Shown here: piece by piece, positions 20,066 to 30,660 of the stretch
Position numbering within the stretch: position 1 is the stretch's first letter
Layout: every line of letters begins with the position of its first letter
Origin: Alphaproteobacteria bacterium
Lineage (GTDB): Bacteria; Pseudomonadota; Alphaproteobacteria; UBA828
DNA: 64,000 nucleotides
NCBI GenBank assembly: GCA_963667785.2
Contig: CAXXMU010000005.1
Span: 288,001-352,000 of the forward strand
Direction: 5' to 3'
Translations under genes and position numbers: made by a program
The notes under the pieces: model-generated
The model's input: the letters and a program-made list of their open reading frames with translations, nothing else
Databases searched by the model: none
What the model was told of the DNA's origin: nothing

Positions 20066-20258
20066 CTCGCCGGCACGACCTCTTCGCCCGCATTCGCCGA
20101 CCGCCTCGCTCCGGTTCGTCCAAAGGTTCAGGCGCTGCATCTTGTTGGGGTCTCGACTCGCCGTCCTCAAGAGGGGAGTGCTACGGTTTGGAACGAGCGT
20201 TATCTTGTCGAAGGGAGAGCGGCAGCATACCCACAACAAACACCGGGGGAATGGCTGG

Positions 20259-21203
20259 ATGAAGGCTCTCAGCGGCCCGTCCTGGATACTTTTCGGTACG
20301 ATGCTTCTGACGCTTGCAGCCTGCGGTGGAAGCGAGGATGGGCCAGCCCCGATCGCGTGGGGCCCGCGGCTGGACGTGTCGAACCTCTCGACGATTTCCG
20401 GGGCCGAGGACGACTTCGGTCCAGACGTCTTCGGTGCGCTGGCACGGGCGGTACGGGCCGTTCCGAATGGCGCCTCGCAATCCTCCCTCATCGAGAACGG
20501 GCAAACTGCAGGCGAGATGTCGGTAGAGGTTGTGCGACACGACGACGGCAGCCTGGTCTACGAGGTGACCGACGGAGCCCGCATGGTTGTGCGCGTGCCC
20601 CCCGACCTGCCGCGCCAGGGGCTCGACCTTGCGCTCTTCACGGACCTGATTCCGGGTATCGAGCCCGACCTGTCGAGCTACCCGCACGAGGTGCTGGGAC
20701 TATGGGCCTGGGACGGAGAGTTCGGGGCGTTCTGGGGAATGAGTCCGTCGATACCGGCGGTGGAGTTCGGCGGTACGTCCCCGATCGGCACCGCCATCTA
20801 CGAGGGTGACGCGGTGGGTCTTCACGCTTCGGCCGGCGCAACGACAAAGTTCCTGGCAGACGTGGAGTTGGTTGCAGACTTCGACAGGCACACGGTGGGA
20901 GGCGAGGTGAACGGGTTCCGCTCCTTCACCGGAAAGGCTCTCGGCGATCTTTTGGTGACGCTTGGCGACACCGCATTTTCGCAGCAAGGCGATCCGTTCC
21001 AGGGCGATACCGCGTCCGACGATGCCGTGGGCAGCGGCAAGTGGGGCGCGCGCTGGTCAGACGGCAAGGGTTGGACGATGGGAGGGACGTTCGGTTTCGC
21101 CGCAGACGACAAGAGTCTTGCGGTGCTGGGGGCGTTTACCGCGTGCTCGTGCGCTTCGTCGGACGGGGGGAACCCCGACGATCCGGTCGCAACCTCTCAA
21201 TGA
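20259..21203 (+). CDS. Lipoprotein with TbpB-like beta-barrel
   Basis: Lipobox LAAC-GG; GTAIYEGDAVG, ADVELVADF, GKWGARW, GGTFG..VLGAF. Confidence 0.72.
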   Translation: MKALSGPSWILFGTMLLTLAACGGSEDGPAPIAWGPRLDVSNLSTISGAEDDFGPDVFGALARAVRAVPNGASQSSLIENGQTAGEMSVEVVRHDDGSLVYEVTDGARMVVRVPPDLPRQGLDLALFTDLIPGIEPDLSSYPHEVLGLWAWDGEFGAFWGMSPSIPAVEFGGTSPIGTAIYEGDAVGLHASAGATTKFLADVELVADFDRHTVGGEVNGFRSFTGKALGDLLVTLGDTAFSQQGDPFQGDTASDDAVGSGKWGARWSDGKGWTMGGTFGFAADDKSLAVLGAFTACSCASSDGGNPDDPVATSQ

Positions 21204-21272
21204 AGCACTCGCCCGGGCAAGGCAGCCGATAGCCTCGCCGCCATAGGAGGATTTGGCACCGCGTCGGGCGAT

Positions 21273-22112
21273 TCAGGGTTTGCGTCCTGTTGCCTCCCCC
21301 CAGGCGAACGCGGCGAAAGCGCCGGGCTCGCCCACCCACCTTTCGAGGGAACGGCGCCAGCCTTCGAACTGCTCCGGATCGGCCAGACCGAGCTTCGTGG
21401 CGGCTCCCATGGTCTCGGGAGCAAAGAACCAGCCGGCGATCAGGCTCTGCAGGAATCCCCGGTCCTCTGCTGTGCAGTACGACTCGAACGACGCAGTGGC
21501 ACGAACGTCCACAAACCCGGCGTCGAGCAAGGCGCGCGCGAGCTCCTTGCCCATCTGAGGATGTCCGCCATTGGCCGCCAGAAGCTTGAGAAACGTCCCC
21601 CAGGCACTCTCGCTGCCACCGCCGAGATCGAGCGCAGGCTCGAGGAACGACGAGTCGCCGAACATTTCCCTGGCGGCGACGAGGCCGCCAGGCTTGAGCA
21701 CTCTTCTCATCTCCCCCAGCACGGCCTGCGTGTCGGGGGCGTGATTGAGAAGGGCGTGACAGTGGACCACGTCGAAGCTGGCATCTTCATAGTGAAGATC
21801 GGTCGCGTCCCCAGTCCTGAATGTCGCATTGTCATGGCCGCCGGCCGACGCAGCGGCGCGGGCGATCTCGATCTGCGACTTTTCCATGTCGATGCCGTGA
21901 AACTCGCCGGGTGCGACCGATTCCGCCAGTCCCACCGAAATCGTGCCCGGGCCGCAACCAAGGTCCAGAACCCTCAAACCGGGCTTCAGATGCGGCAGCA
22001 GGTGCGCGGCGTTGATCGCCGCGTTCCGCCGATCGAGCAGCTTCCGGAACTCGGGGCCATAACCCATGGTGTACGTGCTCGCCGGTGCGCCCGTCTTATC
22101 GTCGAGATCCAT
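21273..22112 (-). CDS. Class I SAM-dependent methyltransferase (UbiE-like)
   Basis: VLDLGCGPG, GDATDL..DASFDVV, RRVLKPGG. Confidence 0.9.
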   Translation of the reverse strand: MDLDDKTGAPASTYTMGYGPEFRKLLDRRNAAINAAHLLPHLKPGLRVLDLGCGPGTISVGLAESVAPGEFHGIDMEKSQIEIARAAASAGGHDNATFRTGDATDLHYEDASFDVVHCHALLNHAPDTQAVLGEMRRVLKPGGLVAAREMFGDSSFLEPALDLGGGSESAWGTFLKLLAANGGHPQMGKELARALLDAGFVDVRATASFESYCTAEDRGFLQSLIAGWFFAPETMGAATKLGLADPEQFEGWRRSLERWVGEPGAFAAFAWGEATGRKP

Positions 22113-22589
22113 CGATGTCCCCCTGGTAGACCCGCCACGCCTCACCGAATTGCGACAGTCTCGACCGGCCGGATTCGGCGAGCGCTCAGCGGCAATGGCT
22201 ACTCCGTGCGTGGTCGATCCGCCATGGGATGCTTACCAAACTTGCAGGATCCGGATCAACGATGCTCCGAAGTGGAGCCGCCCTCGGGTCTGGAATTGCC
22301 GCCGAGGAGGGAAAGAAAATCCTAGTCCGGACGTCCCTCCCGTAGTGCCGCTGAGCAGGAGACCAATTCTCCTCGACGACCGCCGCTACCGCCTCTTCGA
22401 CGAATCGGTTCCGGCTCTGGGTAGCGGCAAACGGGAAGAGGTGCGAACCGGTCACGGAACGTCTCAACCGGCAGGATCACCTGAAACGCCGACCATTTGC
22501 GGGACGGGCCGCGTGCCTCGCCATGCGGGCCGTTCATGGCAGGACCCGGAAATTGGAATCCTTGGGCGCGTGCGGCATGACAGGCAAAC

Positions 22590-22952
22590 GGTCAACGACA
22601 GGCTTCAGATCTCGCTGGCCAACGACCTTGGAAAGATCGCCGGTGCGGCAGCCTGAGTCGACGATCTCCGCGCTTCGCGCAATCCGGCGACACGGTTCCG
22701 GTTTGCGGTCGATATGGCAGTCGATGAGCTGCCGGCCGGCACCGCCGCTCGCGGCTACGACAATGACGAGGCGCACCGAATCGAGATCGTCCTGCGTTTC
22801 GAAAACGACGGGCCCGTCGTCGTGATAGCGGACGACGGCAGGGTACTCGGCTGGTTGTCGGCGCGCGAGCCCGTCGACGGAAGCCTGCTCGCAAATCGGG
22901 CCACAGTCGGACACGGCCCCATTCTCGTGCCGAATATGGTCGATGGCATCGA
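22590..22952 (+). pseudogene. Degenerate RsbW-like anti-sigma factor / HATPase_c
   Basis: ISLANDL..(TGA at 22654)..FAVDMAVDEL..GY..HRIEI..IADDG..GHGPILV..MVD; in-frame stop and decayed N and G boxes. Confidence 0.6.
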
Positions 22953-23138
22953 AGCCGCGCCCCGGCCTCGCTGTCTGGCGGCCTCGTCGAGGCCGGCAGG
23001 CTCTTCCAGGTTGCGCTCACGGATAATGGACATCAGAGACCGCTGTGAGCGCGCAACCCGCTTTCTTCCTCGGCCCAGGGTAGCGCCGGGAGAGCGGCAG
23101 CGGCAATCTTGTCGAAGGTTATACACGATCATGTCAGC

Positions 23139-24275
23139 CTAACGTGCCGAGCCCGCAAGGCCGCGTCCGCCGCTCGCCAGCCACTCCTCGAATCTCTCCG
23201 TCAGCATGACGTGGTGCGTCGCCCACCAGGCAGCATCCGTCTGCAAGGCACGGGCGAGGTTCTCCGGCGCGGTGGGCAGGTGCGGCTTGATCTCGTCGGC
23301 GACCAGCGCCATGGAGGACGTTCTCGCCGGGCCGTAGGAGATGTATTTCGTCTGCTCTGCAAGCGGCACCGTGCCGGTGGCGAAGCGTATGAAGTCCATG
23401 GCCTTGTGCAGATTGTCGCTGCCCTTGGGGATGCCCCAGGAGTCGATGTCCCAGATCTGGCCGTCCCACAGGATGGCATAGGGCTTGCCGTCTTCCACGA
23501 TCGGGCGATACATGCGCCCGTTCCACGCCGAGGTCATGACGACCTCGTCGGAATCGAGCAGGCGTACCGGGTCCGCGCCGGCTTCCCACCACTCGATGTG
23601 GTTCTTGATCCCGTCCATGACCGAGAACGCCCGGTCGAGCCCGTCGTCGCTCCCGAGCATGGCGTAGACGTCGGCCGGCGCCACGCCGTCGGCAATCAGG
23701 GCCCATTCGAGGATCACGCGCGGGTCGCGTCTGAGTCCGCGCTTGCCGGGGAATTCGTCGACGTCGAAGAAATCCGCAAGGGTGGAAGGCGCGCTCTCGC
23801 CCACCGCTTCGCCGTCGTAGGCCACCACCGTCGACCACACGGTCTGGCCGACGCCGCAGGGCGTGAACGCGCCGGGGATGAAATCGTCTGCCGCGGGCGT
23901 GCCGTCGTCGCCCGGCGGCAGGGTGCCGTGGTCGATCTCCTCGAGCAGGCCTTCGCGGCAGCCCCGGATCAGGTCCGAGAGCTCGAAGTCCACCACGTCC
24001 CAGACCACGTTCTCGGTCTCGACCTGCTCGCGGATCTCCTCGAGCCCGCCGTTGTAGGTCTCCATCCACACCCACTCGCCGCTGAGGAGGCGGTAGGGCT
24101 TCACGTAGGCCAGCATCTGGCTTCGGGTGTAGGCCCCGCCCCAGGAGACGATGGTCAGCTCCTTCGTCGGCGCCGCGGCCCGCTCGTCTGCCGGCTCGTC
24201 CTCGGCAAACGCGGGGGCCGACGCGACCAGGGCGAGTGACAGGACAAGGGCTCCGATCCCCCGACAAGATGCCAT
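23139..24275 (-). CDS. Polyamine-type ABC substrate-binding protein (PotD/PotF family)
   Basis: Signal peptide; TIVSWGGAY, WDVVD, FPGKRGL, AWNGR, WGIPKG. Confidence 0.88.
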   Translation of the reverse strand: MASCRGIGALVLSLALVASAPAFAEDEPADERAAAPTKELTIVSWGGAYTRSQMLAYVKPYRLLSGEWVWMETYNGGLEEIREQVETENVVWDVVDFELSDLIRGCREGLLEEIDHGTLPPGDDGTPAADDFIPGAFTPCGVGQTVWSTVVAYDGEAVGESAPSTLADFFDVDEFPGKRGLRRDPRVILEWALIADGVAPADVYAMLGSDDGLDRAFSVMDGIKNHIEWWEAGADPVRLLDSDEVVMTSAWNGRMYRPIVEDGKPYAILWDGQIWDIDSWGIPKGSDNLHKAMDFIRFATGTVPLAEQTKYISYGPARTSSMALVADEIKPHLPTAPENLARALQTDAAWWATHHVMLTERFEEWLASGGRGLAGSAR

Positions 24276-24325
24276 CTCCGCTCCCCTCTTCGTTCCGGCC
24301 CCGAGCGCTTTCACGGCGTCCAGCC

Positions 24326-25972
24326 TCAGCGTGGAATGTCGCCTTTCAGACTGGTGCCGTCCGGCGCCTTGCCGTCGCTCGGCATGGGCACGGCGCTCGG
24401 GTCCTCATGCAGGGACTTGATGATGCCGAAGGTCATCATGAGCATGATGACGCTGACCGGCAGCGCGGCGGCGATGGAGGCGGTCTGAAGCGCCTTCAGC
24501 CCGCCGGCGAGCAGCAGCACCGCCGCGACGAACCCTTCTCCCAGCCCCCAGAAGATGCGGAACTTCCGCGGCGGGTTGTCGCTGCCCATACTGAGCATGG
24601 TGGTGATGACGAGCGTGCCTGAATCCGAGGAGGTGATGAACCACGTCGCCAGCAGGAAGGTGGCCAGCGCGGCCATGATCCAGTTCAGCCACGAAATGCC
24701 CGTCACCAGATCGATGGTGCCGTAGAGCGAGGCCGGCAGGTTCCAGTCCCGCACGAGCTGGGCGATTCCGGCGGTGCCCACGCCACCGGCCGCCTCCAGC
24801 TCGGCATACATGGCGTTGCCGCCGAAGATGCAGAGCCACAGGAAGGCGATGGTGGTGGGCACGAACATCACGCCGACCATGAACTCGCGGATCGTGCGCC
24901 CGCGGCTGATCCTGGCGATGAACATGCCGACGAAGGGAGCCCAGGAGATCCACCAGCCCCAGTAGAAGATCGTCCATCCGCCCTGCCAGGCCGCGGCGCC
25001 TTCGGTATTGAAGATCTGGAAGCCCATGGGGATGAAATGCCAGAGGTAGTCGCCCACGGAGGTGACGAAGAGCCCGAGCAGCCATTTCGTCGGACCGCCG
25101 AACAGGAAGAAGGCGACCAGCACGATGCTGAGCCAGATATTCCATTCCGAGATGATGCGGATGCCCTTGCCGACCCCTGAGACCGCCGAAAGCGTCGCGA
25201 CGATCGAGATGATCACGATCAGGATGACCTGCGTGATCACGCCCGGGTCGATCCCGAAGAGGTGGTTGAGGCCGGTCGCCATCTGGCTCACGCCGAGGCC
25301 GAGCGAGGTCGCGACGCCGAACACGGTCCCGAACACCGCCAGCAGGTCGACCGCATGGCCGGCGGGGCCGTAGATCCTGTCGCCGATGATCGGGTAGAGC
25401 GCCGAGCGCAGCGTGAGCGGCAGCTTCTTGCGGAACCCGAAATAGGCGAGGCAGAGGCCCACCAACACGTAGACGGCCCAGCCGTGGAAGCCCCAATGGA
25501 AGTAGGTGACCCGCATGGCGAGCACCGCGCGCGCCTCGTTCATCTCGTGGACGCCGGCGAGATCCGCGAACGGATTGTTGGGGTAGCCCCAGGGCATCGT
25601 GTTGTCGAAGTAGAACATCGGCTCGGCGATGCTGAAGAACAGCAGCCCGATGCCGACGCCGGCCGAGAACAGCATCGCGAACCAGGAGAAGGTGCTGAAC
25701 TCGGGCTTGCTGTCGTCGTCGCCCAGCTTGATGCGCCCGAAGCGGCTGAACATCAGGTAGAAGCAGGCGAAGAGCATCACGACGAGCGCGCTCATGTAGT
25801 ACCAGTTGAGCGCGTGCTCGATCCATCCGCGGATCGCCGAATAGACGCCGTCGGCGATGTCCACGAAGAGGGCCGTGAACAGGACGAACGCCGCAATCAT
25901 GCCCTTGGAGGCGATGCCCATGCCGGGGTGCAACCCCTTCCAGAGCCCCCGGTTCGCGACGTTCTTCGGCAT
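24326..25972 (-). CDS. BCCT family transporter (betaine/carnitine/choline)
   Basis: SWFAMLFSAGVGIGL, FHWGFHGW, GVATSLG, WTIFYWGWWISWAPFVGMFIARISRGRTIREF, TSSDSG. Confidence 0.95.
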   Translation of the reverse strand: MPKNVANRGLWKGLHPGMGIASKGMIAAFVLFTALFVDIADGVYSAIRGWIEHALNWYYMSALVVMLFACFYLMFSRFGRIKLGDDDSKPEFSTFSWFAMLFSAGVGIGLLFFSIAEPMFYFDNTMPWGYPNNPFADLAGVHEMNEARAVLAMRVTYFHWGFHGWAVYVLVGLCLAYFGFRKKLPLTLRSALYPIIGDRIYGPAGHAVDLLAVFGTVFGVATSLGLGVSQMATGLNHLFGIDPGVITQVILIVIISIVATLSAVSGVGKGIRIISEWNIWLSIVLVAFFLFGGPTKWLLGLFVTSVGDYLWHFIPMGFQIFNTEGAAAWQGGWTIFYWGWWISWAPFVGMFIARISRGRTIREFMVGVMFVPTTIAFLWLCIFGGNAMYAELEAAGGVGTAGIAQLVRDWNLPASLYGTIDLVTGISWLNWIMAALATFLLATWFITSSDSGTLVITTMLSMGSDNPPRKFRIFWGLGEGFVAAVLLLAGGLKALQTASIAAALPVSVIMLMMTFGIIKSLHEDPSAVPMPSDGKAPDGTSLKGDIPR

Positions 25973-26248
25973 GTTTTCCTGCACCGCTCCCACCCCTCTC
26001 GCTCGGCTTCCGCAAAAAGCAACCAACCCCTGCCCGGTTCCGGGTCGGCCGGGGCGGCGAAGAGCGCGTCTCTCCGCTTCCCGTGCCTAGCATCGAGCCC
26101 ACACGCGTGAGCTGGCCGATGAGCGACTTCAAAGGCCCTCGGCGCAGCCGAAAGCGCAGTCAACGGTAACAAGATCGCGGCACAGGTGAAACCGCCATCG
26201 CCAAAGTGTGGCAAGAATGGCCGCCGGCGGAGCCACTGTGACCGGGGT

Positions 26249-26782
26249 ATGGCGATGACGACTTTCATTCGCGCGTTGGTGGAACGATGCGCGACCTGGC
26301 GCGTGGCGGCTGCCGCGCTGGCCGGCGTCGTCGCCTGCGTGGCGGGCCTGGTCTGGCGGCAGCAGCGGCTGGGCGGCCTCGAACTCCTGGACAGCCGGGG
26401 CTGGTACACACCCGGCGAGGCCGCGTCTCTGTTCGACGAGCTCGACCGGCTCGACGGGGGCGGCAGGCTCGTCTACGCAGCGACCGGGCTCACCATCGAC
26501 ATGGTCTTTCCCGTCGCCTACGGCCTGCTGCTGGCGATCCTGCTGTTCCGCCTGTTTCGGGGCGGCCTGCCGTTCTATCTGCTGCCGCTGGCGATGGCCG
26601 CGGCCGACATGCTGGAGAACATGACCGTCGCGGGCCTGGCGCTGAGCCATGCCGGGGCGCCCACGCCGGCGGCATGGCTGGCGGCGGTGTTCACCCTGGT
26701 CAAGACGGTCCTGATAGCCGCCACGGCCGCGGCGCTGGGCGTCGGCACGGTCCGCTGGCTGTGGCGTCGCACCCGACGGTGA
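26249..26782 (+). CDS. Hypothetical membrane protein
   Basis: Several TM helices; LD..YT, DMVFP..Y, ADMLEN, TLVK motifs. Confidence 0.7.
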   Translation: MAMTTFIRALVERCATWRVAAAALAGVVACVAGLVWRQQRLGGLELLDSRGWYTPGEAASLFDELDRLDGGGRLVYAATGLTIDMVFPVAYGLLLAILLFRLFRGGLPFYLLPLAMAAADMLENMTVAGLALSHAGAPTPAAWLAAVFTLVKTVLIAATAAALGVGTVRWLWRRTRR

Positions 26783-26860
26783 CGGCCCACGGCCACCGGC
26801 GACGGAGCCTGCGCGCGCGATCTCGAGGGCCGGTTCGGCGCGCCCGGATGGGCAACCTAG

Positions 26861-29260
26861 TTAGAAGCGCCGGAGCACGCCTGCCAGGAGGCTGAGCTCC
26901 GGTTCCTCGCCGGCGCTGTGACCGGGGTGGAAGGACGCCGTGGACCGGAGCCGGAGCTCGGTGCCGCCGCTCAGTTGCTGGCGCCAGTCGGCAGACACGT
27001 CCACCTGGCGGCCGGAGGGCGAGAGAGGCACCTCGACAACCTCCCGCGTGACCCCGCCATCGCGTGTGCGCCCCGTAGGCAGGTCGAGACGGGCGTGGCC
27101 GCCCTCGACGCGAAGCGGTTGCGAGACCGAGAAGCGCAGGCGCCTCTCGCCCGCCTCGAACACCCGCTCCGCCGAGACGCCGAAAGCGCTGGTCGCGAGC
27201 GGCGAGACTCCGGCGATGAGTCCCGGTGCAGCATCCACGCTGGCGATGCCTGTCTCGGCGTCCGCCGAGACGGTCCACGCTCCCACCCGGGTGGCGCCGC
27301 CGAAACCGGCGTAGACGAGCGAGGAGGAGAGGCCACCGAAGGCACCGCGCGACTGCAGCCGCAATGCGCTTCCAGGCTCGTCGACGACGCCCAGCCGCAG
27401 GCCGACAGGACCGGACCGCCAGCCGGCGACGGCGCCGGTGTACGGCAGCGCGTCCCCGCGCCCGTCGGGCGCGTGCGCGGTGGTGAAGAACGAGACTTGC
27501 AGCGGATCCTGGCCGATGCTGAGCGACGTCCGCTCGATCTCGGTCCCCGTCAGCGACGCGTGGCCGCCGGTCCACTCCTGTGTGCCGCTGGCGCTGTTCA
27601 AGCCGAGCCTGAGACCCGTGAACCCGAGCGGTCTCTCTAGCAGGGCGGCAGCGCCGCCCGGTGCATGAGTAGCGCGCCAGGCGTCTCGCTCGATCGTCTC
27701 CATGTCGGGCGCGAGAAAAGCGTCCAGCCGCCAGCCGAGGCGCGCGTGGCTGGCGGGCTGCACCAGCGAGCCGAGGCCCATCCAGAAGGGTGCGTCCAGG
27801 GTGTCGAAGAGTGCGACCTCCCGATCCACCAGACCGAGCGCGAGCGCGTCTCCGACCGCCGCGCTCGACCCGAAGCCGCTTCCCGCGAAGGACATGCCGT
27901 GCGGCACGAGCCTGCTTCCCAGCACCGCTCTCACCTCGCCCACGGGCATCGTCGCCGCGTCCAGGTCCATGATCCCTTGCCCGTGGGTGGACGAAAGCTC
28001 GCACGACGACAAGTCCCCGTCCGTGTCGAGATGCGCCGGGCACTCACCCGGACCCAAGACCGCGTCCGGTGCCGCAGGGCCTAGCTTGTCGGCGGTCGCG
28101 TAGAGGCGCTCGAGCAGCGCTTCATTCCACAGCTGCCCGCGGAACCGGTGCTTCATCACCGCAAGACCGCCCGCCACCAGCGGCGCCGCGAACGAGGTGC
28201 CGGGAAGGCGTTCCTGACCCCGGAGGGGACTGGCCAAGGCGCTCGCGTAGGGATCGGCGGGATCCTCGGGGCCGAAGTACGCCACCGGAACGTCGACCCC
28301 CGGTGCGGCGATGCACCACGGCGCGGCAATCCCGCAGCGGTTCGAGAACGACGCCAGCTCACGGTCGGGGCGTGTCGCGACCACCGAGACCACGTGGCTC
28401 CGCAGGTCCTCGGCGTGCACCTGCAACGCCGCATCCACCCCCGGCGAGTCGGCGAAGAACAGGCCGGTGGGGGACCCGTAGAACGCCGAGATGTCGGGGT
28501 CCTCGAAGCATCGCGAAGGATCGCCGAACTCCGCGACCAGCGCCGCATCGCACGGACCGTTCTCGTTGCCCGCCGCGTAGACGATCAGGGTCGGCTCCTC
28601 CTTGCCGCCTTGCGCCAGCAGGTCGATCAGGCGGCCGTAGCGGCCCTGCAGGGCCGCCTCGTCCGGGTAGTCCGAGATCAGGTCGTAGACGGTCCCGAAG
28701 CTGATGTTCAGGATGTCCAGACCCGCCTCCGGCGCCAGCGCCCGGCCGAACCACCCCAGCTCCTCGTCTTCCGTGGGCCCCTCCGGCGCCCGGTCTGCGA
28801 CCGCGAACACCGTCAGCTCCACGCCCGGCGCCACGCCCCTCACGCCGATGTCCTCGAACTCGCGAGGCCGGGCTCCCTCCTGCGCCGCGATCACGCTCGC
28901 AACCGACGTGCCATGGCTGATGACGAACCCACTCTCCGTCGCGTCGTCACGGTCGAGGTTCATCTCCGTGACCCGGTCCGGGTCGAACGCCCAGTGCCCG
29001 AGATCGATGCCGCTGTCGATGATCCCGACGCTCACGCCATCCCCAGGCAGCACGTCCGCGCCATGTCGGTCCCGCACCCGGTCGTGAGCCTCCTGCACCC
29101 GCACCGCCTCGTGCGTCCAGTTGAACGCTGACGCCGCTCCCGTCTGCGGCGCCGGCCCGGACTGATCGCCGTCGTCGCAGGCGCTCAGGCCGAGCGCGGC
29201 GACGAGCGCCAGCAGGGCCATCGCGAACAACGAATGGGAGTGCTTTGCACGGATCGTCAT
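26861..29260 (-). CDS. S8 subtilisin-like protease; lipoprotein with C-terminal beta-barrel (autotransporter-like)
   Basis: Lipobox LSAC; triad IIDSG, HGTSVA, GTSFAAP; AAGN; SNRCG..WCIAAPG; beta-strand C-terminus ending in F. Confidence 0.88.
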   Translation of the reverse strand: MTIRAKHSHSLFAMALLALVAALGLSACDDGDQSGPAPQTGAASAFNWTHEAVRVQEAHDRVRDRHGADVLPGDGVSVGIIDSGIDLGHWAFDPDRVTEMNLDRDDATESGFVISHGTSVASVIAAQEGARPREFEDIGVRGVAPGVELTVFAVADRAPEGPTEDEELGWFGRALAPEAGLDILNISFGTVYDLISDYPDEAALQGRYGRLIDLLAQGGKEEPTLIVYAAGNENGPCDAALVAEFGDPSRCFEDPDISAFYGSPTGLFFADSPGVDAALQVHAEDLRSHVVSVVATRPDRELASFSNRCGIAAPWCIAAPGVDVPVAYFGPEDPADPYASALASPLRGQERLPGTSFAAPLVAGGLAVMKHRFRGQLWNEALLERLYATADKLGPAAPDAVLGPGECPAHLDTDGDLSSCELSSTHGQGIMDLDAATMPVGEVRAVLGSRLVPHGMSFAGSGFGSSAAVGDALALGLVDREVALFDTLDAPFWMGLGSLVQPASHARLGWRLDAFLAPDMETIERDAWRATHAPGGAAALLERPLGFTGLRLGLNSASGTQEWTGGHASLTGTEIERTSLSIGQDPLQVSFFTTAHAPDGRGDALPYTGAVAGWRSGPVGLRLGVVDEPGSALRLQSRGAFGGLSSSLVYAGFGGATRVGAWTVSADAETGIASVDAAPGLIAGVSPLATSAFGVSAERVFEAGERRLRFSVSQPLRVEGGHARLDLPTGRTRDGGVTREVVEVPLSPSGRQVDVSADWRQQLSGGTELRLRSTASFHPGHSAGEEPELSLLAGVLRRF

Positions 29261-29342
29261 GGTGATCCCCCAGAATCCAACCTAACTCAATAGGCGACGG
29301 TGCCGATCGGCGGCGAACCCTCCCGCCGAACGGCACCCATGA

Positions 29343-30029
29343 TCAATTCTCCTGCGCGTATGTGTGTCCATGAGCGCTCATCGCGAGGAGATCGCTCTCG
29401 GTATCCAGGACTTGCGACAGAAGGACATCGCCGAGATCGACACTGCTAACCGTCGTTCCTACCGCTTCCGCGCGAACGCCTCGGCGCGCCGCATGACGCG
29501 ACGAATCCGGGCAAAGGATAGCACCGTGCTCATCGCGGCCGACACTCCATACGGTCGTAACGTACTTGCCCGACGTCTGGCGCACGCCGACGTAGGGCAC
29601 GGCCAGAGCCGACTGGCTGACGACAGTGAGGTCGGGGCAGCGTGCGTCGACATCGATGACGCCCTCGATAGCGCCCGGCACGTGCCGCCACTCGAACGTC
29701 ACACTGCTGTCCGGCACGCGCCCATCGAGCGTTTTCTCGGCGTCGGCCGCCGCTTGACCGCCAAATGCCTCCAGCTCATCGAAGAACACCGGCGGCACAT
29801 ACCGAACGTCCATGTATGCAAGTGAGAGGTAGGCCCCGGCCGGCAGCCAGATCACGGCGAACAGAACCATCACGAGGCGGCGCGCCGGCACCCGTAGACC
29901 AGTCTCGCTGGTCCACCCCCGGAAGGTTCCTCGGCGGGCAGCGAACGCGCGCAAGCGAGACCATGTCGCCCGTCCACGACTCCTCCCGTCCGGTTGGCCT
30001 TCGCTGTGGGCCGGGTCTTCGTCGCTCAT
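29343..30029 (-). pseudogene. Chimera of a membrane-protein 5' part and a deleted tandem universal stress protein
   Basis: N-part resembles the 30125-30607 protein (ARR..VL..IWLPAG); C-part has USP motifs EWR, DLTVVSQ, VPYVG, GDVLLS..SDLLAMSAHGH with segments missing. Confidence 0.6.
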
Positions 30030-30057
30030 CGATATCCCCGTCTCGTCCACCAGTTCG

Positions 30058-30140
30058 ATCCGGACAGGTGGATGTGCCGGAGACGGGAATTGCCACGTCG
30101 CCTCTTAAGGAAAATTGATCTGGATTAGTCTGTTCGTCTG
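30058..30140. repeat. Imperfect direct repeat copy 1 with FNR/FixK-box-like site TTGATCTGGATTAG (30115-30128)
   Basis: Aligns with 30661-30743. Confidence 0.75.
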
Positions 30141-30607
30141 TAGGCGCCACCGGACGCTCGCCGCCGGGGGCTGGTCCGTGTCCGGTGCCCCAGCCAGAGC
30201 GCTGCAATCCACACCGGCACGCTCGCCACTGCCGCGCAAACCGCGACTTCAGCAGCCTCGTGCCACCCGGCCGCAAGCGAGAGCGGCAGCAGGGGCGCCC
30301 CAAGCACGGTGGCGGCCGCCCACGCCGCGCCGGAATACCGGTTCTGCGCCAGCCCATGGCAGGCAGCGGCGAGCGGCAGCCCCCCTGCCGCCAACATGGC
30401 AAGAGAAATCCACGCATCGGCCGCCCCTGGCCAGCGCAAGTCGCCGGTCGCCGCGGAGAGGACGCAGAACCCGGCCGGCAACCAGATCAGGGCGAGCAGA
30501 ACGATCGCAAACCGGCGCGCCAGCACCCATATCCCGTGCTCGCTGGTCCGACCCAAGAGGTTCCTCGGCGGGTAGCGAAGGCGTGTAAGCGAGATGGTTT
30601 CGCTCAT
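30125..30607 (-). CDS. Hypothetical membrane protein
   Basis: AAGGAGG RBS; several hydrophobic segments. Confidence 0.65.
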   Translation of the reverse strand: MSETISLTRLRYPPRNLLGRTSEHGIWVLARRFAIVLLALIWLPAGFCVLSAATGDLRWPGAADAWISLAMLAAGGLPLAAACHGLAQNRYSGAAWAAATVLGAPLLPLSLAAGWHEAAEVAVCAAVASVPVWIAALWLGHRTRTSPRRRASGGAYRRTD

Positions 30608-30660
30608 GCGAGCCTCCTTTCGTCCGGGTGACCGGCGCTGTCCGGCAAGACCTCGTCGAA

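Noticed and set aside
22186-22467. Possible ribbon-helix-helix antitoxin remnant (SRNRFVEEAV)
   Set aside because: Match too short; no partner toxin visible
24405-28043. Arg/Gly/Pro-rich ORFs of 575 and 447 aa
   Set aside because: Alternative frames of the BCCT and S8 genes
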